Assembly (NCBI GenBank): GCA_025360805.1
Contig: JANYBK010000058.1
Coordinates: 1-46,529, forward strand
DNA: 46,529 nucleotides
Direction of reading: 5' to 3'
Origin: Methanomicrobiales archaeon
Lineage (GTDB): Archaea; Halobacteriota; Methanomicrobia; Methanomicrobiales; Methanospirillaceae
The notes beneath the pieces were generated by a model that searched no databases, was not told the DNA's origin, and worked only from the letters and a program-made list of their open reading frames with translations. Numbering within the stretch: position 1 is the first letter of the stretch; each line of letters opens with the position of its first letter. The position numbers were made by a program, and so were the translations under genes. Positions 39,383-46,385 of this stretch are shown here, piece after piece.

Positions 39383-40060
39383 TCAGATTTTTGCCGTGAT
39401 ACCTTCTTTAACGATCTCGAACTCGAATGACGCGCCTTCCGGCTGGGAGCGGTGTTTGACCAGCCGGGCCCGGCGACATCCGGTAGTACCCGTCTTCTCG
39501 ACACGGACGATCACTTTCGAGATGTGTTCGAGTGCAAAACCGCCAAGGCCGTACCAGGTATTCTTGCCCGTATCCATGTACACCTGGTTGGTTATGATGA
39601 CAGGAATTTCGTAGCGTTTGGCATACCCCAACAAGTGGATCATCTGCCGGGTGAGCACCTGGATTGCATCCCTGCCCTTGTCAAGATCGGTGCGGTAGAG
39701 TGCTGTCGCAGAATCCATGACGAGCAGTTGCGGCTTTTGTGTCTTTAACACCTTTTCGACTTCGGCGATCACCTGCCCCTGGTGTTCGAAATCGATGGGC
39801 TCAAAGAGGAAGAGTTTGTCGGCAAGTTTCTCGGTGTCGTCGCCTGCGATCTGTCGGAACCTCTCGATCGAGAAACCCTCGGAGTCGATATAGGCAACTG
39901 CGTGACCGGCCCTTAGACAGGAGACTGCGGCGATGATGCAGAGCGTGCTCTTCCCGCTTGCCGGTTCCCCGTAGAGCTGCGTGATGGTCCTGACCTCGAG
40001 CCCTCCGCCCAGCAGCTGGTCAAAGGCTGCATTACCGCTGGTTCGTTTATCCGTTTTCAC
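39383..40060 (-). CDS. radB: DNA repair/recombination protein RadB
   Basis: GEPASGKS Walker A, MDSA Walker B, ITNQV and the RadB-specific KHR motif; no N-terminal HhH. Confidence 0.93.
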   Translation of the reverse strand: MKTDKRTSGNAAFDQLLGGGLEVRTITQLYGEPASGKSTLCIIAAVSCLRAGHAVAYIDSEGFSIERFRQIAGDDTEKLADKLFLFEPIDFEHQGQVIAEVEKVLKTQKPQLLVMDSATALYRTDLDKGRDAIQVLTRQMIHLLGYAKRYEIPVIITNQVYMDTGKNTWYGLGGFALEHISKVIVRVEKTGTTGCRRARLVKHRSQPEGASFEFEIVKEGITAKI

Positions 40061-41268
40061 TGTACACCGCCCGTGTGTTTGTCCTTAACATTTTTCCAGC
40101 CAGCATCTTCGATCGCCCGGATTACGTCTTTGACCGGGATTTTGAGTTCGCACGCCCAGTCGCGTGCAGGATCGAACTCTGCTTTGAGTGTGTATATGGC
40201 GCCATGCATCCACCCGCACTTCACCGGCATCTTTTTCAGCTGTCCAGCGATAGTGACATCGATTTCTTCTATTGTGCGCTCAGCGATGAACCGGTGCACC
40301 GCAGGAATGCAGCGAATACCCAGCGTCCCGAGTTCGCGTGCCATCAGCTCGGCAAGAGCAGCACTCGTTTCTTTGAGGCAGATGACCCGGACCAGGTACC
40401 CGGGTCTGCCCTTCTTCATGATCACCGGCATGGCACTTGCATCGCGTGCGCCTGCCGCCATGAAGCAGGTGATCGCATGGGCAATCACCTCCCCACTCAC
40501 ATCATCTAAATTGGTTTCGAGAATGTCAACAGTGTCCTGTTCAAGATCCCCTGCTGCGGCAGCAGATTTAACGATCATGGCCCGCAGGACATTGGGTGCG
40601 TGATGGGGATCCCGGGTTCCCGCCCCGTAGCCTACCGCAAGGGTGGTATATGCACCCGGATCGGGAACCGTCATAGTGGCAAATTCCGCGAGAAGTGCTG
40701 CACCTGTCGGCGTGCAGAGCTCACCCATGTGATTGCCGGCAACAGCGGCGAGGCAGGCGTCTTTGAGGATCAGGGCAGTTGCCGGTGCAGGGATGGGGAA
40801 GGTGCCGTGCGAGCCGGTAGCTGTTCCATGACCTACTGTGATGGGGAGGACTTTTACTCCGTCAGCGGACAGCGAGTGCAGGGCCGTGCAGGCACCGATA
40901 ATATCAGCGATTGCGTCATCGGCGCCAACCTCGTGGAAATGGGCATGGGTGCCGTGTACTTCTTCTTCGGCGGCACGGATCCGTTCGAAGACCCGGCGTG
41001 CCATCGCGAGTGCCGGGGCCGGGACAACGTTTGCAGCAGAATCGATCCGCTGCATCACCTCCGGAAATGTCCGGTGGCCCGGGGTGGCCCGGGTGTCCAC
41101 TTTCAAAGCACGGATACCGGCTCTTGTGACCGTTGAGATTTTTGGCTCTGCCACTACTGCCTGCATTGCCCGAAGGACGATTGCCCGGTCAGCTCCGCAG
41201 TCCAGCAGGGCGGCTGTGATCATGTCGCCTGCCGCGCCGTGGAAGGGATCGAAAATGAGGATACGCAT
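40057..41268 (-). CDS. larC: Nickel pincer cofactor biosynthesis protein LarC (Ni insertase)
   Basis: GAAGDM, HFHEVGADD, PAPAT, ELCTPTGAA, GYGAG, ETNLDD, MKKGRPG, TLGIR and KAEFD motifs. Confidence 0.92.
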   Translation of the reverse strand: MRILIFDPFHGAAGDMITAALLDCGADRAIVLRAMQAVVAEPKISTVTRAGIRALKVDTRATPGHRTFPEVMQRIDSAANVVPAPALAMARRVFERIRAAEEEVHGTHAHFHEVGADDAIADIIGACTALHSLSADGVKVLPITVGHGTATGSHGTFPIPAPATALILKDACLAAVAGNHMGELCTPTGAALLAEFATMTVPDPGAYTTLAVGYGAGTRDPHHAPNVLRAMIVKSAAAAGDLEQDTVDILETNLDDVSGEVIAHAITCFMAAGARDASAMPVIMKKGRPGYLVRVICLKETSAALAELMARELGTLGIRCIPAVHRFIAERTIEEIDVTIAGQLKKMPVKCGWMHGAIYTLKAEFDPARDWACELKIPVKDVIRAIEDAGWKNVKDKHTGGVQ

Positions 41269-41295
41269 TTACAGTACCTATAAATCCCTGCGTAT

Positions 41296-44200
41296 ATGAC
41301 CTTTAAGGTAATGCCTGAAGTGCAATTGAGAGTGGATTCCGCGTATCCCGGCGATCAGGGTGGCGGAAAGGCCCGGCTCGATCCCGAGACGATGCTCCTG
41401 TTAAAGATCTCACCGGGGGATCTGGTTGCAATCGAGGGAAAACGCAGGACCGTGGCCAAGGTCTGGCGGGCTCTTGTCGAGGACTGGAACCAGCGCAAGG
41501 TCCGGATCGATAATTTTACCCGGCAAAATGCCGGTGTCGCAATCGGGGATACGGTCAAGATCATCAAAATCTCTGAAGAAGTGGAAGCCAGACGCGTGGT
41601 GCTTGCACCTCCTGAAGATCTGCCAAAGAAAATACCGGTTGCAAACAATCCTCATGTGGTGAATGGGCTGATTGATTTTCCGGTATCGATGAATGATTCT
41701 GTCCCGATCATGCTGGGACTACCGTTCCTCCAGCCACAGATCGTGGCGTTCAAAGTCATGGAGATCGAGCCGGAAGAAGCCGTCATCATTACAAAGAATA
41801 CCACGATCGAGTTCTCGGACAAGCCAGCAGCCGGTTTTGAGGGGATAAAAAGATTCTCGTACGAGGATATCGGGGGGCTAAAGGATGAAATGCGACGCCT
41901 CCGCGAGACGATCGAGCTCCCACTCCGGCACCCGGAACTATTCCGGAAACTTGGGATCGAACCACCCAAAGGATTGCTTCTTTATGGTCCACCGGGAACC
42001 GGCAAGACTTTGATCGCAAAGGCAGTAGCAAGCGAGAGCGGTGCGCACTTCATCTCGATTGCCGGGCCAGAAGTGATCTCGAAATATTACGGTGAGAGCG
42101 AACAGCGGCTCCGCGAGGTCTTTGAAGAAGCGCGGGAGAATGCTCCTTCGATCATTTTCATCGATGAACTGGATTCTATTGCGCCCCGGCGCGAGGATGT
42201 AACTGGGGAAGTCGAGCGGCGCGTGGTTGCCCAGCTCCTAACCATGATGGACGGGCTTGAGGAACGTGGAGAGGTTGTCGTGATCGGTGCTACGAACCGG
42301 GTCGATGCGATCGATGCAGCACTCCGCAGGCCCGGGCGGTTTGACAGGGAGATCGAGATTGGCGTCCCCACAGAATCAGACCGTATTGAAATTCTCAAAA
42401 TCCATACAAAGGCAATGCCTCTGGCAGACGAAGTTAGTTTAACGGATATTGCGAAACAGACGCATGGGTTTGTCGGGGCAGATCTTGCTGCACTTGCTAC
42501 TGAGGCTGCAATTCGTGCCATGCGCCGGTATATCCCCTCGATGGACCTGGATGCGGATGAAATTCCAGAAGAAGTGCTCGATACACTCAAAGTAACTGCG
42601 GCAGATTTCATCGGAGCACAGAGGGAAGTAACTCCAAGTGCTATGCGAGAAGTCCTCCTTGAAGTATCACATGTTAAATGGACAGATGTTGGGGGACTCA
42701 AAAAGCCTATACAAGAAGTGAAAGAAGCCGTAGAATATCCTTTATCCAAAAGTCATATTTTTGAGGAACTCGATATAAAAACCCCAAGAGGTGTATTACT
42801 TTATGGTCCTCCAGGTACCGGTAAAACACTTATAGCAAAAGCGGTTGCGAGTGAAAGTGGGGCAAATTTTATTGCAATCAGAGGTCCGCAAATAATTTCA
42901 AAATATTATGGAGAAAGTGAACGTGCTGTTCGGGACATTTTCAAGAAAGCCCGTCAGGTAGCACCATCTATCATTTTTTTTGATGAGATCGATGCGCTTG
43001 CACCGTCCCGTGGAAGCAGTGGGGATTCTCATTATATTGAAAGTGTTTTGAATCAGATTCTTGCAGAGATGGATGGACTCGAAGAACTGAAAGATGTGGT
43101 GGTGCTTGGAGCAACTAACCGTCCTGATATCCTTGATCCCGCACTACTGAGGGCCGGCAGATTTGATCGATTGGTCTACATAGGTGAGCCGACTTTAGAT
43201 GACAGGAAAAAGATTTTAGAAATTCATTCGAGATTTATGCCTATCGAAGGTGAAATATCTGGTATCCAGAAACTCGTTGAAATAACAGAAGGTCTAGTTG
43301 ACGACGATCTTGATGCCCTTTTCCGCGAATTTAATCAAACAATACCGAAAGGTGCTTTAAAAACGGTGACGGTTGACCAACTTATTGAGGTCCAGAAAAA
43401 AACTCATCTTGATGGGTTTAAACGCGAACAAAGAAAAGATAAGATAAAAGATATTTTAAATAAAATCTGGATTGATCACTCGGTTCATATTAACAGTGAT
43501 GTTATTGAAAAAATTGCAGACTCAACAGAGGGTCTTATAGGACCGGATATTGAGCTGCTCTGTAAAGAGGCAAGTACATTATCAACGAATGAAGCTGGAA
43601 AATTCAATTATGATGATATAATCGGGTTCATTAAAAAGACACCCTTGCATGGTCTAAGTTTGAATGATCGGAGAAGGCGGATTAAGGAACTGTTGGAGCA
43701 ATACGGAATAAACCATATTGATTCTGTAATACGAAATATTGTTGAAGAAGTCTCTGAACTAACTGATGGATATACAGAAAATGATCTCATAATTTTAGGT
43801 CGTAATGTTGGCGATATTGCGCTTAAAGATGGCCATGGAAAGATAACTCTGGATCATTTCAAAATAGCTATTCAGAATATTAATTATTCCGGATTAACTA
43901 CTCGGACTATTAAAGAACAAGTTGAAAAAATTCTCGAAAAATATTCTCTCGACACTTCAAAGTTCGAGTTTAGTAAACAAATTAAAGATTTTGTTGATCT
44001 CCTAGATGGAGCAATTCAGACGGATATTGTGAAATTGGATGAAACGATTAGCAAATATGTGCATAAAAAAGGTGCTGGAGATCTTTTGATCCCCCAAATT
44101 GAAAGAGCCCAGCGGAGATTAATTTTTTCGGGATTAAGAGTTGCTCAAAGGAGAAGAAAAATTAAACAATTATTCACCCAGTATGATTTATATTTCTCAG

Positions 44201-44463
44201 ATCAATCTCGTGAAGCACTGATTTCATTTATCGCAGAAAAGACAGAAGGTCATGTCGGTTCTGATCTTCAGTCACTTTGTCGTGAAGCAGGTATGCTTGC
44301 GCTTAGGGATGGTGCAACAAAAGTCACAAAAAGCCATTTCGAGGCCGCTTATGAGAAAGTTCATCCAACAATGAATGAACGTGTGAGAGATTATTATGGC
44401 AAGATTCAACAAAATTTCAAAGGTGGTTTACCTAAGCAGGTTCAGCCGCCGGAATACCAGTAA
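41296..44463 (+). CDS. cdc48: CDC48/VAT family AAA+ ATPase with a ~320-aa tandem lid-domain expansion in D2
   Basis: N domain, D1 and D2 with GPPGTGKT, IDE/FDE Walker B and SRH (ALRRPGRFDR, ALLRAGRFDR), and a C-terminal EYQ. At 1055 aa it is far longer than a canonical ~730-760-aa CDC48. The start may be 41311. Confidence 0.95.
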   Translation: MTFKVMPEVQLRVDSAYPGDQGGGKARLDPETMLLLKISPGDLVAIEGKRRTVAKVWRALVEDWNQRKVRIDNFTRQNAGVAIGDTVKIIKISEEVEARRVVLAPPEDLPKKIPVANNPHVVNGLIDFPVSMNDSVPIMLGLPFLQPQIVAFKVMEIEPEEAVIITKNTTIEFSDKPAAGFEGIKRFSYEDIGGLKDEMRRLRETIELPLRHPELFRKLGIEPPKGLLLYGPPGTGKTLIAKAVASESGAHFISIAGPEVISKYYGESEQRLREVFEEARENAPSIIFIDELDSIAPRREDVTGEVERRVVAQLLTMMDGLEERGEVVVIGATNRVDAIDAALRRPGRFDREIEIGVPTESDRIEILKIHTKAMPLADEVSLTDIAKQTHGFVGADLAALATEAAIRAMRRYIPSMDLDADEIPEEVLDTLKVTAADFIGAQREVTPSAMREVLLEVSHVKWTDVGGLKKPIQEVKEAVEYPLSKSHIFEELDIKTPRGVLLYGPPGTGKTLIAKAVASESGANFIAIRGPQIISKYYGESERAVRDIFKKARQVAPSIIFFDEIDALAPSRGSSGDSHYIESVLNQILAEMDGLEELKDVVVLGATNRPDILDPALLRAGRFDRLVYIGEPTLDDRKKILEIHSRFMPIEGEISGIQKLVEITEGLVDDDLDALFREFNQTIPKGALKTVTVDQLIEVQKKTHLDGFKREQRKDKIKDILNKIWIDHSVHINSDVIEKIADSTEGLIGPDIELLCKEASTLSTNEAGKFNYDDIIGFIKKTPLHGLSLNDRRRRIKELLEQYGINHIDSVIRNIVEEVSELTDGYTENDLIILGRNVGDIALKDGHGKITLDHFKIAIQNINYSGLTTRTIKEQVEKILEKYSLDTSKFEFSKQIKDFVDLLDGAIQTDIVKLDETISKYVHKKGAGDLLIPQIERAQRRLIFSGLRVAQRRRKIKQLFTQYDLYFSDQSREALISFIAEKTEGHVGSDLQSLCREAGMLALRDGATKVTKSHFEAAYEKVHPTMNERVRDYYGKIQQNFKGGLPKQVQPPEYQ
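43189..44367 (+). repeat. Five tandem ~80-aa AAA lid-like protein repeats (diverged at DNA level)
   Basis: The lid motif (T/L)(E/D)G....D(L/I) occurs at aa 664, 744, 823, 903 and 983 (spacing 80/79/80/80). A G(L/F)-led basic helix starts at aa 707, 786, 866 and 946. Confidence 0.85.
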
Positions 44464-44467
44464 TATC

Positions 44468-44475
44468 TTTTTTTT
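44468..44475 (+). terminator. Putative oligo-T terminator of cdc48
   Basis: T8 run 4 bp after the stop codon. Confidence 0.4.
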
Positions 44476-44558
44476 AAATAACACACTGTTGACTGTGAAT
44501 GTCATACCTATTTGGGGGGTTTTAACTAAACAACAATCAACAGTAAAAAGAAAAAATA

Positions 44559-45452
44559 TTACAGAAATTTGCGATATTTTTTAGGAATTAAATAACTTGG
44601 TTTCCAAACTTCAGCTTGATCTATTGGCTTAAATTTTTCAAAATATTTTTCTTCGAAATACGATATTGTATAAATCGCAACTATCTCCAATAAAAACATT
44701 AAAACATACGTTAATAGATCCATTGTCGTAGAAAATGGTAATATTAGCCTAATATCCACAGAATTTCCGAATTTTGTTGCCAAATACAGTATTGAAATAT
44801 AAAAAACGATAACGGTACTAGCAATAAATGAAAAATAAAAGGAAATTACTTGATCCTTAAAAAATTTTATTTGATTGTGTTCAATTTCCCCTACGGCGTT
44901 ATTATTTTTATGGAACCATAATCGGGTTGGATTCGCCAAAATCCTATAAGATAATAGGATTGGGGGAATCATGAAGAACGTTACGGAAAATGCAATACCT
45001 GAAGTACTAATATTAGATAGGTAAGTAGGCACAGTATAGTCCCAAAACAAAATTTTGACGCTAGAAATTGCTGAAAAATCATAAAGGGATGTTGGAACAG
45101 CATAAATAATGTATGTTAATGTTAGGTACAATGAAAATGCAATTCCTAAATTGGCAAAAAATGTATTATTTACCTTTTGTTCAAAATTTTCGCCAAAAGT
45201 ACAACTCTGATTAAAGTTGTAATATAGACAATCACCATCGAGGGATGATCTGTTTTGTATTAGGGGTTGATAATCTGCTAGATTATTAACTGTATTGAAA
45301 AGTCTTGGTATCCAGATTATGAGGGTGAAAGTAACAACTACCGTGATAAAAAGAAGTAATATGAATAACATTAACAATGTAAATCCAATAAAAAAATTTA
45401 TCAAAATCAGGACACCTATTATGGCGAGAATGACTTTCGTTAAACCATCCAT
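44559..45452 (-). CDS. Hypothetical polytopic membrane protein (no family recognised)
   Basis: 297-aa ORF in very AT-rich DNA, where such a length is unlikely by chance; about 6 hydrophobic segments. Confidence 0.7.
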   Translation of the reverse strand: MDGLTKVILAIIGVLILINFFIGFTLLMLFILLLFITVVVTFTLIIWIPRLFNTVNNLADYQPLIQNRSSLDGDCLYYNFNQSCTFGENFEQKVNNTFFANLGIAFSLYLTLTYIIYAVPTSLYDFSAISSVKILFWDYTVPTYLSNISTSGIAFSVTFFMIPPILLSYRILANPTRLWFHKNNNAVGEIEHNQIKFFKDQVISFYFSFIASTVIVFYISILYLATKFGNSVDIRLILPFSTTMDLLTYVLMFLLEIVAIYTISYFEEKYFEKFKPIDQAEVWKPSYLIPKKYRKFL

Positions 45453-45536
45453 GAATCAATATTATTGTTTGAGTAAATAATCATTCATTAAAAAAATGAA
45501 ATACGTTATAATCAGTCATAAATTTTTGTAACTCTC

Positions 45537-45651
45537 CCGGTCAAGCCCTCACCCGGATCCAGTCAAACGGAGCGCAACCCCCGGCCCTTGCTGCACGGGC
45601 GGATGCGGTGCCTTGAGCCATAGGAAATTTCCAGGCGGACCCTGTGACCGG
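45537..45651. other. GC-rich structured non-coding element (candidate ncRNA or REP/MITE-like unit)
   Basis: Terminal CCGGTCA/TGACCGG pairing encloses hairpins (CGCA..GCCC/GGGC..TGCG, the palindrome GGAAATTTCC, TCC/GGA). GC rises abruptly from the AT-rich left flank. Confidence 0.4.
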
Positions 45652-45791
45652 AAAATGTTAAACAGGCCCTGCCCGAAATTTTCCCATCGTGATCCGGATC
45701 GAGATAGAAATTGTTTTTCCGATCAACAGTACCCCACTCTCATTTTTTATGAGCAATCGCTGGCCCGGGCATCCTAGCCCCCCCTGAAACC

Positions 45792-46058
45792 ACGTCGGTA
45801 TCCGACGAGAGATTTCTTCAGTTTTACCCCCAAAACAAGCCTTCCTTTCATTTTCCACCTACTTTAGCCCATCTGACAAGAGATCTGCCAGCCAAAAGCG
45901 TCTATTAGCGTTCTTTTCTGAGCCCAATTTATATTGAATCCAGCCTAACGGGGCTCATTCCGAAGGTTTTTAAAATGCGTGTGCCGGAATTGGGTGGATT
46001 TGTGCCGGAATTGAGGCTGTGAACCCTTCACTGAGAGAGTGTCTCCGACGGAGAAGTG
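45792..46058 (+). repeat. 267-bp non-coding direct repeat, copy 1
   Basis: Aligns without gaps to 46119-46385 (offset 327 bp), with about 29 mismatches by manual count (~89%). Confidence 0.95.
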
Positions 46059-46118
46059 GGTTTGGGTTATCTACACTCACACCCACGTCATATCATTCCC
46101 GGCTAATCCCCAAATTTT

Positions 46119-46385
46119 ACGTCGATGTCCGACGAGTGAGATCTCCGATTTGACCCCCAAAACAGGCCTTCCTTTCATTTTCCACCTACTTTAGCCCATC
46201 AGACAAGAGATCTGCCATCCAATAGCGTCTATTAGCGTTCTTTTCTGAGCCCAATTTATATTGAATCAAGCCTAAAGGGGCTCATTCTGAAGTCTTTTAA
46301 AACGCGTGTGCCGGAATTGGGTGGTTTTGTACCGGAATTGAGGCTATGACCCATTCACTAAATGAGGGTCTACGACGGAGAAGTG
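46119..46385 (+). repeat. 267-bp non-coding direct repeat, copy 2
   Basis: Matches copy 1; the two copies are separated by a 60-bp unique spacer. Confidence 0.95.

Noticed and set aside
42087-42749. 220-aa antisense ORF in cdc48, and similar shadow ORFs over hel308, mmp3, mmp15, dapF, larC and asnB
   Set aside because: These are Ser/Arg-rich antisense or alternate-frame translations of conserved genes with no independent evidence.
43261-44220. Possible intein in CDC48
   Set aside because: No N-terminal Cys/Ser splice block, no C-terminal His-Asn and no LAGLIDADG motifs. The insert is not at the Walker A site and is explained by lid repeats.
45537-45651. tRNA, 5S rRNA or SRP RNA
   Set aside because: No T-loop GTTCRA or D-loop pattern, no recognisable 5S or SRP conserved motifs, and too short for archaeal SRP RNA. 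It is kept only as an unassigned structured element.
45658-45858. 66-aa ORF and short MKGR(L/P)VLGVK ORFs with an SD-like AGGTGG on the minus strand of the 267-bp repeats
   Set aside because: Differences between the two copies are mostly non-synonymous and the ORFs end at different points outside the repeat, so there is no coding signature.
45792-46385. Possible CRISPR array or leader
   Set aside because: There are no 25-40-bp repeats with unique spacers of regular length and no cas genes. Only two long repeats are present; a leader role cannot be supported within the window.
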